DNA of 64,000 nt, taken from NCBI GenBank assembly GCA_051439605.1, contig JBFRWN010000065.1, forward strand, positions 19,833 through 83,832, written 5' to 3'. The translations under genes were made by a program, and so were the position numbers. Positions 8,970 to 19,885 of the stretch are shown piece after piece. The notes below the pieces were generated by a model, which worked only from the letters and a program-made list of their open reading frames with translations, was not told where the DNA came from and did no database searches. How positions within the stretch are numbered: position 1 is the first letter of the stretch; every line of letters starts with the position of its first letter. Origin of the DNA: Synechococcus sp. (lineage in GTDB: Bacteria > Cyanobacteriota > Cyanobacteriia > Thermostichales > PCC-7336).

Positions 8970-10958
8970 TTAACAATCTTGTGGGTCTGACTCCTTAAGC
9001 ATCGATTCATCAGTATTGCGAATCGCTCGATCGTCCGGCGAAGGTTTAGGCTCACTGGCTAGATGGCCATTTTGAGGTCGCGGCGACAGCAGCCTTTCTA
9101 GCGCAGCAGATGCACGAATGTTGAGGTCCCGCTGCGGGAATGGCATTTCTACCTGTTGGCGACGAAATTCCGCGTCGATCGCAAAGTTTAGATCGCTGAT
9201 TAATGGCGAGCGCTCGGCAGGTCTAAAGGTCCAAATCAACAGCTCAAAATTTAAAGCAGAATCGCCAAACCCCTGAAACTGAACCTGCGGGGCAGGGGAC
9301 TGCAGCACTCTCGGATGTTCGCGAGCCACCTTGAGCAGCGCCTGTTTCACAACCTCCGTATCCGAGCCGTAGGCTACCCCCACGGGGACATGTAGGCGAC
9401 AGCGGGAATCCCGATACGTCCAGCTAACGACGTTCGATTCCATAAAGCGGGAATTCGGCACAATGACGTTGATGCTGTCGAGGGTACGGACAATGGTCGC
9501 CCGCAGGCTGATGTGTTCTATGGTGCCTAGCAGCCCATCCACCTCAACAAAATCCCCCACCTGAACGGGACGCTCGAACAGCATGACGATACCGCTGATG
9601 AAGTTATTGGTGAGATTTTGTAATCCGATACCAATTCCCAATCCCACAGCACCAGTGGCAATCGCCAGAGAACTAAAGTTAATTCCCAGCGTCGGCAGCA
9701 AAATTAGCATGCCAATAACGGTCAGGACGTACTTGAGAACGATGGCAAACGATTCTCGAGAGCCCACATCCTCTACGAAACGAGCCAACAATCGCCGTTT
9801 AAGAAGGTTGCTCAGTCGCCTTGCTCCGACAAAGATAAAACTGCCTAAAATCACGAAGGCAGCAATGCTGAGGATGGAGATGTCGTTGAACAGCAGCGGA
9901 CGGTCGAAGATTGACCAAGTGGTAACTACCACCTCCCAGAGATGTTGGTAAAGCTTTTGCCGCAATAGCCGCAGAATGGGCAAGGTGGCCAGAGAGAAGT
10001 GCAGTGCCAACACCAGCCAAAGTACCCGCGCCAGCCACCGACCGATCGCGACGGTAAAGTCAATCACTAGTTTCCAGCTGAAGCCAAACCGTTTAATTGC
10101 CCAGATTTTTGCCTGGCGGATCCCGCGATCGCTGACTTTCATGAATACCGCTGCAGCCGCACATATGGCGATCGCTGCGGCGATACCCAACCCGATCGAC
10201 CAGGGCTGTCTCCCCTGCAAGCGCGCCCGGCGTATATCCCACTCCGCCTGCAGGGCAGGTCCTAGAAGCTGGGTCCACTGACGGGCAACTTGCCCCACAT
10301 CTTCAGTGCTAATCTTCTCGGGCCGTTCGTCTAAGAAAGCGGCTGCATCGTCCTTGGTGACAGTCACTAGGTGGACAGTGGAGGGTGATTCGGAGTTGCG
10401 ATTAAATAAGCGAATGATGAATTGCTCGTTGTCATCAAACGCTGCCTCCACTTGGGGAAAGGGAATCCGACCCTCTTCATTCAGCTGAAGAAAGTTATCG
10501 ATGCGAGTGCGGACAAGCCCGACACGTTCCTGTGCAGAAAGAGTTGCAAATGACTGAAGTTGAAACAGTTGTTCTCCTCCCACGACAACGTAAACGCTGG
10601 GATCGCGGGGCTGTTGCTGCTCTTCTTTCGACTCGGTCGGTTCTGCGTCGCGTTCTGCATCATTGCGATTGCCCGGATTTGTTTGGGCGACAGCTGATGC
10701 TGGAGTCAAAGCGATCGTTGCAACTTCAAGCCGATCTGATATGAGCTCTACATCTGGACTGTTATCCAGTCCAGATGTAGACGGCAGATCTAGGGCAGAT
10801 GCCTGAGAAGTGCCCGCCGGGTTTGCAACGGCCACAACGTTGACAATCGCCACAAATGCCAATGGAACGATTGCCCCCATCGCAACGGCGAGAAATTTTA
10901 CCAACAGGCTCCAACACAATTGAAGCCTGCGACTAAATAGCTGTTGTTGAACTGACAT
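8970..10958 (-). CDS. MscS-family mechanosensitive channel with long N-terminal extension
   Basis: GIGIGLQNLTNNFISG, ERPVQVGDFVEV, VGVAYGSD, FGDSALNFEL, PFPQRD. Confidence 0.9.
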   Translation of the reverse strand: MSVQQQLFSRRLQLCWSLLVKFLAVAMGAIVPLAFVAIVNVVAVANPAGTSQASALDLPSTSGLDNSPDVELISDRLEVATIALTPASAVAQTNPGNRNDAERDAEPTESKEEQQQPRDPSVYVVVGGEQLFQLQSFATLSAQERVGLVRTRIDNFLQLNEEGRIPFPQVEAAFDDNEQFIIRLFNRNSESPSTVHLVTVTKDDAAAFLDERPEKISTEDVGQVARQWTQLLGPALQAEWDIRRARLQGRQPWSIGLGIAAAIAICAAAAVFMKVSDRGIRQAKIWAIKRFGFSWKLVIDFTVAIGRWLARVLWLVLALHFSLATLPILRLLRQKLYQHLWEVVVTTWSIFDRPLLFNDISILSIAAFVILGSFIFVGARRLSNLLKRRLLARFVEDVGSRESFAIVLKYVLTVIGMLILLPTLGINFSSLAIATGAVGLGIGIGLQNLTNNFISGIVMLFERPVQVGDFVEVDGLLGTIEHISLRATIVRTLDSINVIVPNSRFMESNVVSWTYRDSRCRLHVPVGVAYGSDTEVVKQALLKVAREHPRVLQSPAPQVQFQGFGDSALNFELLIWTFRPAERSPLISDLNFAIDAEFRRQQVEMPFPQRDLNIRASAALERLLSPRPQNGHLASEPKPSPDDRAIRNTDESMLKESDPQDC

Positions 10959-10968
10959 TACTTAGCGC

Positions 10969-11373
10969 CTACAGGGTTTGCCCGTTATCCCAATCCTGCG
11001 AACGCACAAATCGCCTCAAACTGGCGAGCGTCACATTCAACCCTAAATCTAACGGAATCAAGGAAACGGCTTCCACGTGTAACTGCACCCAGCCATCCCC
11101 CCATCGCCATTCGTTCCACCCGTCGATCGCCCCCCACAACGTCAGTACGAGGTGGCTGTCATCCAATTCCTTCACCTGATGTCCAATGCGGATGGGGCCA
11201 AGACGCGAATAAAACTCATCATCAGGGGTGAGTCGAGACGGCAATACAGCCTCCAGACTCTGGGGCCATACCCATTGCTGGAGGAGTTCCGCCTCTGTCA
11301 AACATCGGGCCAGCATATCGGCGGAAGCATCAACGGCCACCCGCACGGTAGCTGACTGCATGCGCCCAAACAT
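10969..11373 (-). CDS. Conserved cyanobacterial hypothetical protein (SRPBCC-like)
   Basis: MFGRMQSATVRVAVDAS..., GAIDGWNEWRWGDGWVQ; GGAGG SD. Confidence 0.7.
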   Translation of the reverse strand: MFGRMQSATVRVAVDASADMLARCLTEAELLQQWVWPQSLEAVLPSRLTPDDEFYSRLGPIRIGHQVKELDDSHLVLTLWGAIDGWNEWRWGDGWVQLHVEAVSLIPLDLGLNVTLASLRRFVRSQDWDNGQTL

Positions 11374-11546
11374 ACTCACCCTCCATATACCCTGCATCCA
11401 TTGTGCCGTTCAAAGTCCATCCTTCCACCTCCCGATTTCGACACATAAAGACCGAACTCTTCGTATCGTTTCGGACTTAGCCTACTGAGGTTCCAAAAGA
11501 AATCTCGATGGCAATGGAAAATTTTTCTTACGCAACAACTCACACC

Positions 11547-11900
11547 CTTTCCCCAGCTTTTTCCCCAAGCTAGAACGAGTTTTGCCCAATGTTTTCCACA
11601 GGTTTCCACAGGTTTTCCACAGGCTGACATCGATCCCTTGCGGGTTTGCGGGAAGTCTGGGGAAAAGAAAACCAGATTTTGACTCCTCCTACTGGATGAC
11701 GAATAAATATTAAGTATTTCGTGACTATTCGTCGAGTTTATCGTGCGAGGGTTGCGGATTTTCTCGCGGCTTTCAGGGTGGAAAGCCGTTGACAGGACCG
11801 GTGAAGTTGTGGAAAAAATAGAGCCCTAACGCAACATCTATGTGAACAGCAGCCCAGATTCAACCGCCAACAACGTGAGGAGATATCAGGCTGTGGAAAA
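11547..11900. promoter_or_regulatory. DnaA-box cluster (oriC/datA/DARS-like)
   Basis: TTTTCCACA at 11592 and 11613, GTTTCCACA 11602, TTTTCCCCA 11559, CTTTCCCCA 11547; reverse TGGGGAAAA 11658, TGTGGAAAA 11808 and 11892; AT-rich core 11701-11720. Confidence 0.75.
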
Positions 11901-11990
11901 TAGCCCTTGCAATCTATCTGTCACGAACAGGGCAAGCACGGCGAGCACCGACTTCTATCAAATACTGTCATTCTCAGGGGACCGCGAGCG

Positions 11991-12188
11991 ATGAGTACAA
12001 CCGTCAGCATTTTGACCGAGGTTCCCGAAGAGCTGGTCGAAACATTGCAGTCTTACCTTTCTACTCACCCCGACTGGGATCAAGACCGAGTGTTTACGGC
12101 CGCTTTATCTCTGTTTTTGTTACAAAATGGCGACACCGATCGTCGGGCCGCCAAGGTTTATCTAAACAGCCTGTTTCAGCGCTCCTAA
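11991..12188 (+). CDS. DUF2811 family protein (predicted ribbon-helix-helix-like)
   Basis: VSILTEVPEEL...YLSTHPDWDQDRVFTAALSLFLLQNG. Confidence 0.85.
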   Translation: MSTTVSILTEVPEELVETLQSYLSTHPDWDQDRVFTAALSLFLLQNGDTDRRAAKVYLNSLFQRS

Positions 12189-12282
12189 GTGGTGCATGAA
12201 CTCCTCCACATGCCGCAGTTCTTAAATACAGCTGAACTGGAAAGAGAGGGACAGTCGCACAACAGTTTGTGAATCAGCTAGT

Positions 12283-13632
12283 ATGCTCATCCCGTCATTG
12301 ACGCTTGCCCCCGAACAATTGATGGAGGCGGCCCAAGCAGCCGGAGCCGAAGCAATAGAAATTTATTGGTTTGCCTCCCATTCTCGACCTGTGACATTCG
12401 AAGGCAACCGACTGAAACAGTTGGAGCAGTTGGAATCTTCAGGAATTGCCCTAAGAGTGTGGCAGGACGGTCGCTGTGGTTTGGCAGTGGGATGCGGCCC
12501 CATTGACATTGACTATCTGGTTGAAAAAGCGATCGCCCTCAGTACCTTAAGTCAACCGACGGAGATATTGCTGGCGGAACATTCCCCTCCAACTTGGAAC
12601 CTATCACCTCCTGACATCACAGTTGAGATATTGGTGGAGATGGGGAAAGCAGGCATTGAACAGTTGAGGGCAATGCAACCCGACGTGATTTGCAACGGTG
12701 AACTCAGCTATAGCGCTGATACCACTGGGTTAATGAATTCTCGAGGATTGCAGTGCCAGTTTGTGGACTTCAATACCGATGGGTATTTAGGAGTGGAATG
12801 GGTCCGTGGGGAAGATTTTTTGGAGGTAGATTCCGGTCAATCCATCTCCCCTCGACCAGAAGGGGCGGAGGGATCGTTGCAACCCCAGTTGTGGGTGCAG
12901 GCGATTCATCGTCGCTTGCAGTGGGGTCAACAGGTCGTGGAGGTCGCCTCCGGTAACTATCCTGCAATTGTTTTGCCCACGGCTGTGGAAATGCTTCTGG
13001 ACTCTGTCATCGAAGCACTGGATGGACGACAGCTCTCGCGCAAAGCGTCTCCATGGTGGGACAAGCAAGGCGCTCGCATTGCAACGCCTGACTTCTGCCT
13101 CTCTCAGATGCCCTTGTTGGGATCCTATGGAGTGCCGTTTGACGATCAGGGGATCGCCACGCAATCTCTCGACTTCATTCGCGATGGCGTCATGCAGCAG
13201 GGTTACTGCGATCTCCGCTTTGCTCGCAAATTAGGGGTGGAGCCTACAGGGAATGGATTTCGGGGGGGACTAAATAGCTATCCTGAACCGGCTCTATTTA
13301 ACGCTGTACTGCCATGCCCTTCGCGTTCTTTTCCAGAGCTGCTCAAGCGTATGGACACAGGGCTGTTAATCGAGCGAGTCATGGGGAACTGTGGAGATGT
13401 TTCGGGGGAGTTTTCAGTCTCGGTGGAGCTGGGCTACTGGGTGGAAAACGGCGAGATTGTCGGGCGAGTAAAAGATGTCATGCTGGCAGGTAATAGCTAC
13501 GATCTATTACACAAGATTGACGCTTTTGGGGCGGCACCGGACGGGCTGACCTCAGACGGGCGCGATTGGGCTGGAGCTTACTGCGTTCCTGCTGTTTTAG
13601 TCAGCGAATTAGCAGCGATCGCCCGAATATAA
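12283..13632 (+). CDS. TldD/PmbA family protein (PmbA-like)
   Basis: FEGNRLKQLE, PFDDQG, TGNGFR, SGEFS, GYWVENGEIVGRVKD. Confidence 0.87.
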   Translation: MLIPSLTLAPEQLMEAAQAAGAEAIEIYWFASHSRPVTFEGNRLKQLEQLESSGIALRVWQDGRCGLAVGCGPIDIDYLVEKAIALSTLSQPTEILLAEHSPPTWNLSPPDITVEILVEMGKAGIEQLRAMQPDVICNGELSYSADTTGLMNSRGLQCQFVDFNTDGYLGVEWVRGEDFLEVDSGQSISPRPEGAEGSLQPQLWVQAIHRRLQWGQQVVEVASGNYPAIVLPTAVEMLLDSVIEALDGRQLSRKASPWWDKQGARIATPDFCLSQMPLLGSYGVPFDDQGIATQSLDFIRDGVMQQGYCDLRFARKLGVEPTGNGFRGGLNSYPEPALFNAVLPCPSRSFPELLKRMDTGLLIERVMGNCGDVSGEFSVSVELGYWVENGEIVGRVKDVMLAGNSYDLLHKIDAFGAAPDGLTSDGRDWAGAYCVPAVLVSELAAIARI

Positions 13633-13945
13633 TCTCCATCGATCGATCTAACCGCACCCTCGCCTTTCAACGGTGCCAGGGCCATTTGCGGGAACTGTTG
13701 AGGACGACAGACCGTCTTCAACAGATGAAATCTTTTACCATCCGAGCCTGGGGACAAACACGAGGTACTAACCAGTCGGGTCAAAATGGCGCCGAGACTA
13801 CAACAAGATGACCACCCATTCGCAATAATGGCGCCTATCTTTAACGAACCACCGTAAGGTTGCCTCGCAGGACTGCAATGCCGGTCTGCAGCAATACTTT
13901 TATTCGACCCATACCGTCTTTATCTTGAATCGTGAGGAGAATCTC

Positions 13946-14743
13946 ATGCGTCTATCAAAACTTTGGATTGTAGCAGGCCTTACTGTAGGCATGGGGATCT
14001 CACCTGCTGTATTGGCGGACGTGCCCGATTTAGGTGGGGCCAAGATTAGTGTGGGGTCAGATACGGCCTATCCTCCATTTGAATATGTGGATGAATCGGG
14101 AGAGATAGTTGGTTTTGATGTCGACTTGCTCAATGCTATTTGCGAGCGAGCCAACTGCACAGCAACGTTTGTGACTGCTGGCTTTGATGGCATTTTTGCA
14201 GCACTTGCAGCGGGGGAGTTCGATGCAGTGGCCTCTGCCGTCACCATCACCAAAGAACGCGCCAATGTGGTCAATTTCTCCCGTCCCTACCTCAATGCCG
14301 GTCAGGTGGTCACGGTAGCAGTGGGCAGCGAAATTGAGGGGCCAGAGGATCTGGCAGGAATGGTGGTGGGGGTTCAGTTAGGTACCACAGGAGACATAGA
14401 GGCCAGCAACTATACCCCTGATGACAACATCCGACGATTGGCAACCATTGATTTAGCTATGGCGGCATTGGCTCAGGGGGATATTGACGCGGTGATTGCC
14501 GATGCCCCCACATCGGTCGATATTGTCACCAAACAGTTTTCCGATAGCCTGCAGATAGTGGGCGCTCCATTTACCACCGAGTATTACGGTATTGCCGTTC
14601 AACAAGAAACTCCCGAGCTCGCAGGTGCCTTCAACGCGGCGATCGCCGAATTAGCTGAGGACGGCACGCTGGCTGAGATTGCTGAATCTTGGGGGATTCC
14701 GTCTGGGGCTGTGACCGATTTACCCGAGAGTGGTTTGAAATAA
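13946..14743 (+). CDS. Polar amino acid ABC transporter substrate-binding protein (SBP family 3)
   Basis: Signal peptide, YPPFEY, GFDVDL, GVQLGTTG, EYYGIAV; GAGGAG SD. Confidence 0.9.
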   Translation: MRLSKLWIVAGLTVGMGISPAVLADVPDLGGAKISVGSDTAYPPFEYVDESGEIVGFDVDLLNAICERANCTATFVTAGFDGIFAALAAGEFDAVASAVTITKERANVVNFSRPYLNAGQVVTVAVGSEIEGPEDLAGMVVGVQLGTTGDIEASNYTPDDNIRRLATIDLAMAALAQGDIDAVIADAPTSVDIVTKQFSDSLQIVGAPFTTEYYGIAVQQETPELAGAFNAAIAELAEDGTLAEIAESWGIPSGAVTDLPESGLK

Positions 14744-14803
14744 ACCACCAACTGAGGGGATGAAGAATACTATGGGTTCATTTATCCATAAGGGAGTGAG
14801 CCG

Positions 14804-15682
14804 ATGCCCCCTGAGCCCATGCCAGATCGGTCCATGTCTAATCCTGCGACCCGCAATCCTCTCGTATCCCTTTTCATTCAAGTGCCTTTATGGCTAGTTC
14901 TATTAATAGGGCTAGCCCTTGTTATCGTTGTTCAAGTTTTGGGGTCTCCCGATTCCCGCGATATCCTGGCTATCCTGGCACGCGGATTGGTACTCACCCT
15001 CAAGATTTCGGTCACTAGCTATCTGTTGGCCCTAATCATTGGCTTTTTTGCCGGGTTAGGGCGAGTATCCAGCAATCCATTGATAAAGGCGATCGCGACT
15101 CTCTATGTTGAGGTGATGCGGGGAGTGCCAATCCTTGTGGTGCTGTTGTACGCAGCGTTTGTCATTGCTCCGGGGTTAGGAAAATTTGTGGGGTCGCTAG
15201 CTCCAGATGTAGTAGAGCCAACAGGGCTGACGAACTTAGCAATCGCTGTCTGCGAAGGGATTCAGGGGGCGCTTCGGTCCAATTTTTGGCGAGCGGTCAT
15301 TGCACTAGCGATTAGCTACGGGGCGTATTTAGCGGAAGTGTATCGCTCGGGGATTGAGGCGATCGGGTCGGGGCAAAGGGAGGCGGCGCGGGCATTGGGG
15401 TTGAGTCAGTGGCAAACGACGTCGCTGATTGTCATGCCGCAGGCGTTTCGGATTATTTTGCCGCCGTTGGGCAATGATTTTATTGCGCTTCTGAAGGATT
15501 CGTCACTAGCCAGCGTTATCGGTTTGGCAGAGCTGACGCAGCAGACTCGGTTTTACGTTTCGCGAACGTTTGACACGTTTGGGGGTTGGACGATGGCGGC
15601 ATTGCTCTATCTGAGCATGACGTTAATTTTGTCCCTAGCTGTAAGGCTCTTGGAGCAATACTCGAAAGTGAAAGAGCGCTAG
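14804..15682 (+). CDS. Amino acid ABC transporter permease (HisM/GlnP family)
   Basis: YVEVMRGVP, AYLAEVYRSGI, GQREAARALG, LLKDSSL. Confidence 0.92.
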   Translation: MPPEPMPDRSMSNPATRNPLVSLFIQVPLWLVLLIGLALVIVVQVLGSPDSRDILAILARGLVLTLKISVTSYLLALIIGFFAGLGRVSSNPLIKAIATLYVEVMRGVPILVVLLYAAFVIAPGLGKFVGSLAPDVVEPTGLTNLAIAVCEGIQGALRSNFWRAVIALAISYGAYLAEVYRSGIEAIGSGQREAARALGLSQWQTTSLIVMPQAFRIILPPLGNDFIALLKDSSLASVIGLAELTQQTRFYVSRTFDTFGGWTMAALLYLSMTLILSLAVRLLEQYSKVKER

Positions 15683-15792
15683 TCTTGGTATCCTTTAAAA
15701 ATGAATATTTTTAGCACAATAATAAAACTACATGCGCTGACGGTGTGTCCGACCTCAATAGGGCGTTCAATTTTACTCGGCACAATATCGAA

Positions 15793-16200
15793 ATGGATCC
15801 ATTACATTCCACTGATACATTGGGGTTGTTGGCCGGAGCGTTGACTACAGTTGCCTTTTTACCTCAGCTTGTTAAGACGTGGCGATCGCAGTCGGCAGAA
15901 GATGTGTCCATTGGCATGTTTTTGCTGTTCGCAGCAGGTGTGGTGTTATGGGGAATCTATGGTTGGGAAATTCACGCGCTGCCAGTGATTTTGACGAATA
16001 TCGTGACCTTTATCTTAGCAGCCGCGATTTTGGTGCTTAAACTCATGTTTGACAAGCGCTCCCAGGATGACTCAAACGATGATGTCGCAGACCCCGTTAG
16101 CATCAGCCCCCTTGAACCCGAGAATACTGAAGTTCGCCCAGATGACGACCCTACCCATTTGGCAGCGCTAGAGTCATTCCCTACCCAAGCCCGATCGTAA
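15793..16200 (+). CDS. SemiSWEET / PQ-loop transporter with acidic C-terminal tail
   Basis: GLLAGALTTVAFLPQLVKTWRSQSAEDVS, three TM helices. Confidence 0.85.
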   Translation: MDPLHSTDTLGLLAGALTTVAFLPQLVKTWRSQSAEDVSIGMFLLFAAGVVLWGIYGWEIHALPVILTNIVTFILAAAILVLKLMFDKRSQDDSNDDVADPVSISPLEPENTEVRPDDDPTHLAALESFPTQARS

Positions 16201-16335
16201 GCTATTGACCCAACCCTCTGGAAAAAGTGCTTGACGAATGGCCACAGGCAAAAGTCACTCCCAATCAAAAAGCCACACAGATTTTTTATAGGTTTGAAAT
16301 ATAAAACTAGTATTACAGTTGATTAATTCAATCAT

Positions 16336-16986
16336 TTACTCTCGCACTTTCTTAGGATCGAAGGTCGCTAATTTAGGGATAGAAAATGCTGCAAAGAGAA
16401 TGGAAATCGCTGCATTCATTTCAAAGACTTCTTCCATAACAGGGTGGTAAACGATGCTCAGGTCTAAAATGACCGCTGAACAGAAAAGAAAGAATGCAGA
16501 AGCAAGAATATAATAATAGGCAGGATGTTTCTCGACAAACTTTCGGACATTCCGGCCAAATCTTTTCCATAAGTACCAAATAACAAAGATGATCGGGATG
16601 AGGAGATAGGTTCCCAGCACTTTATAGAACAATGACAAAAAATCGTGGAACGAGTCAATATCTACACCAATTACCTTTAAGGATGGCGTCTTGAACCACA
16701 TATTTTTATAGGAAGTTTCCTCCAAAAAGCCCAGCAGGCCAAACAACGGAATTGCGATATAGGTTAATTTCCTGGAATGAAACTTTATACGGAGAAGATT
16801 TACGATACCAACTAGAAAACCGCACAGAAATAAGAATGCAGTAAATTTATCTAAAATTTGATCGCTAGAACTCAAGGGATCCTTTAAATGAGGGAACAAC
16901 AGATCGATCAGAAAGAAAGCAATCGAGTTGACTCCAATAACAACAGCAAAAATTATTAGATTTTGTTTGGTTCTCAAGACGGACAC
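16336..16986 (-). CDS. Hypothetical multi-pass membrane protein (low GC)
   Basis: 216-aa hydrophobic ORF with FLEETSY, IDSFHD and EEVFEMNA motifs; AT-rich. Confidence 0.65.
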   Translation of the reverse strand: MSVLRTKQNLIIFAVVIGVNSIAFFLIDLLFPHLKDPLSSSDQILDKFTAFLFLCGFLVGIVNLLRIKFHSRKLTYIAIPLFGLLGFLEETSYKNMWFKTPSLKVIGVDIDSFHDFLSLFYKVLGTYLLIPIIFVIWYLWKRFGRNVRKFVEKHPAYYYILASAFFLFCSAVILDLSIVYHPVMEEVFEMNAAISILFAAFSIPKLATFDPKKVRE

Positions 16987-17311
16987 ACTTACATTCCTAG
17001 TTTGTTAATGGTCATCACCCTTTCCCTTGCCTACCTATAAAATGCGCTAAGACTCATCTTCAGATGAAGCATCGACAGTATAGAGCGCTGGATGCGTGAA
17101 GTTTATCTGTCAATCGGATGTCGATGGCTCGAATCATAATGGCGGTTTGGCAAAACTGAAACCGACCTACCGCTGGCTATGTCGTCATGATGTTGTCCTG
17201 AATTCTCCTCGGGTGGCAAGAGCAATGAGCCTGCTCAAGCAAAGTTGAAGGCAAGAGACTAGCCCGCAATGCCATACATGTCATTGTTAGAGAAACCCGA
17301 TCGCTTCCCAA

Positions 17312-19885
17312 TTATTTGATGACAAAATTCACCAACTTCTTGGGAACCACAATCACCTTCCGCAGCGTGCCCTCGGCCATATACTTCTGAGCGGCTTCAG
17401 TCTCTCTGGCCAACGCCTCCTGTATATCCTTCGACACATCGGACGGAGCCTCAAACTCACCCCGCCGCTTGCCGTTGACTTGAATCACAATCGTGACGCT
17501 ATCAGTCACTAACGCCTCGGCATCAGCCACAGGCCAAGCACTGCAGTGGACCGACTCGCTATGCCCTAACTCAGACCACAGCTCTTCAGCAATATGGGGG
17601 GCAAACGGCGCTAACAGCTGCACCAGGGTTTGCAGACCCTCTGCATACACCGGAGAGTCTAGCAGCTTGGAGTCATTGAGAGCGTTGTTGAGCTTCATCA
17701 GCTCGGCGATCGCTGTATTGAACTGATAGCCCTCTTCCACATCCTCGGTCACTTCCTGAATGGCAACGTGAATCGCCCGCCGCAGGTTTTTCTCAGACTT
17801 ACTCAAATCTCCCGATCGGTAGACCTTCGGTTTCGACTCTTGAGCCACAAAATCATGTACTAAGCGCCAAACGCGGTTCAGGAAGCGGAATTGCCCTTCC
17901 ACATCCGCGTCATCCCACTCCAAATCCTTCTCCGGCGGAGCCTTAAACAGGATGAACATGCGAGCGGTATCCGCACCGTAATGCTGCAGAACTTCCTTGG
18001 GATCGACGCCGTTATACTTCGACTTCGACATCTTTTCGTAGAACACTTCCAGTTTGTTGCCGGTATTGGGGCTGACAGGATTGTCTAAATCCTCAATTTG
18101 CGCTGCTGGAATGTATTCGTTTGTCTTGAGATCTTTGTAGGTCAGCGACTGCACCATACCCTGAGTCAGTAGACGCTTGAAGGGCTCGTCAACATTGAGC
18201 AACCCGCGATCGCGCACCACCTTCGTGAAGAAACGAGAATACAGTAGGTGTAAAATCGCGTGCTCGATTCCGCCCACGTACTGATCCACAGGCAGCCAGT
18301 CGTTTACCTTCTCGGGCAGAAAGACAGTGTTCTCATTCTTGGCATCGGGATAGCGCAGGAAATACCACGAGGAGTCGATGAAGGTATCCATCGTGTCGGT
18401 TTCTCGACGGGCTGCTGCACCGCATTTCGGGCAATCCACGTTTACCCAACTTTCCAGCTGGGCGAGGGGGGACGCGCCACGCCCGGTAAATTCAACCTCG
18501 GAAGGCAGTTCAACCGGTAACTGGTCATCGGGGACAGGGACGATGCCACAGTGGGGGCAATGGATGACGGGAATGGGGCAACCCCAATACCGTTGGCGGG
18601 AAATTAGCCAGTCCCGCAGGCGGTAGTGCACTTGAGCGGTGCCGATCGCCTTTTCTTCCAAATACTCAATAACTTTGTTCTTAGCCTCAGGTACCGTCAA
18701 TCCATCCAGCGGACCGGAATTGCGCAGGACACCAGCAGCGTTATCCACATACGCTTCTGTGAGTTCTGAGTCTGTTTTGGGGTCGGCATTCGGTGGAAAG
18801 ACAACGGGCACGATCTCGAGCCCAAACGCAGTCGAAAATTCAAAGTCACGCTGGTCGTGGGCCGGAACTGCCATGATTGCCCCAGTGCCGTAACCCATCA
18901 GAACGTAGTCGGCAATCCAGATGGGGATTTTGCGGTTGTTGACAGGGTTAATGGCATAGCTGCCAGAAAACACCCCGGTCTTCTCGCGGTTCTCGTCGGT
19001 GCGATCGATTTCGCTCTTGGCTGCAGCTTCCGTTCGATAAACCTCAACCTTTTCCTGCGTTTGCGGAGTCCAAAGTTCGGGGACCAAGGGATGCTCGGGG
19101 GATAGCACCATAAATGTAGCTCCCCAGAGGGTATCGGGACGGGTGGTAAAAACGGGGATTTCTGCACCCGCTTCGGTCTTAAAGACCACCCGCGCGCCCT
19201 TAGACTTACCAATCCAGTTTGCCTGCATGGCCCGTACCTTATCCGGCCAGCCCGGCAGTTTGTCTAAATCCTGTAGAAGTTGTTCGGCATAGTCGGTAAT
19301 TTTGAGAAACCACTGGCGCAGCATGCGCTTTTCCACGACCGCGCCCGATCTCCAGGACTTGCCTTCCGCATCGACCTGCTCGTTGGCCAACACTGTTTGG
19401 TCGATGGGATCCCAGTTAACCGCCGACTCCTTCTGATAGGCCAAACCACCCTCAAAGAACTGTAGGAACAACCACTGAGTCCAGCGGTAATAGTCAGGAT
19501 TGCAGGTGGTCACCTCCCGACCCCAGTCGTAAGACAGTCCTAACTGCTGCAGTTGGGTCCGCATCTGGGCGATGTTCTGCTTTGTCCACACGGCTGGAGA
19601 AATCCCGCGATCGATCGCAGCGTTCTCCGCTGGCAAACCAAACGCATCCCAGCCCATGGGATGCAAGACTCGGTAGCCATTCATGCGCTTAAAGCGAGCG
19701 ATCACATCGGTAATGCTGTAATTGCGCACGTGCCCCATGTGCAGGTTGCCGGAAGGGTACGGAAACATCGAAAGCGCGTAGAATTTGGGGCGATCGCCGT
19801 CTTTTCCAGTGATGTCAGCCCCCGTATCTTGCCAAGTTTGTTGCCACTTTGGCTCAATCGCTTGGGGATTGTAGCGCTCTTCCAC
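17312..19885 (-). CDS. leuS: Leucine--tRNA ligase
   Basis: [28 protein letters not shown] start at 19885 with AGGAG SD preferred. Confidence 0.97.
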   Translation of the reverse strand: MEERYNPQAIEPKWQQTWQDTGADITGKDGDRPKFYALSMFPYPSGNLHMGHVRNYSITDVIARFKRMNGYRVLHPMGWDAFGLPAENAAIDRGISPAVWTKQNIAQMRTQLQQLGLSYDWGREVTTCNPDYYRWTQWLFLQFFEGGLAYQKESAVNWDPIDQTVLANEQVDAEGKSWRSGAVVEKRMLRQWFLKITDYAEQLLQDLDKLPGWPDKVRAMQANWIGKSKGARVVFKTEAGAEIPVFTTRPDTLWGATFMVLSPEHPLVPELWTPQTQEKVEVYRTEAAAKSEIDRTDENREKTGVFSGSYAINPVNNRKIPIWIADYVLMGYGTGAIMAVPAHDQRDFEFSTAFGLEIVPVVFPPNADPKTDSELTEAYVDNAAGVLRNSGPLDGLTVPEAKNKVIEYLEEKAIGTAQVHYRLRDWLISRQRYWGCPIPVIHCPHCGIVPVPDDQLPVELPSEVEFTGRGASPLAQLESWVNVDCPKCGAAARRETDTMDTFIDSSWYFLRYPDAKNENTVFLPEKVNDWLPVDQYVGGIEHAILHLLYSRFFTKVVRDRGLLNVDEPFKRLLTQGMVQSLTYKDLKTNEYIPAAQIEDLDNPVSPNTGNKLEVFYEKMSKSKYNGVDPKEVLQHYGADTARMFILFKAPPEKDLEWDDADVEGQFRFLNRVWRLVHDFVAQESKPKVYRSGDLSKSEKNLRRAIHVAIQEVTEDVEEGYQFNTAIAELMKLNNALNDSKLLDSPVYAEGLQTLVQLLAPFAPHIAEELWSELGHSESVHCSAWPVADAEALVTDSVTIVIQVNGKRRGEFEAPSDVSKDIQEALARETEAAQKYMAEGTLRKVIVVPKKLVNFVIK

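Noticed and set aside
11376..11630. Minus-strand ORF MSACGKPVETCGK...
   Set aside because: The CGK repeats are simply the translation of TGTGGAAAA DnaA boxes; likely spurious.
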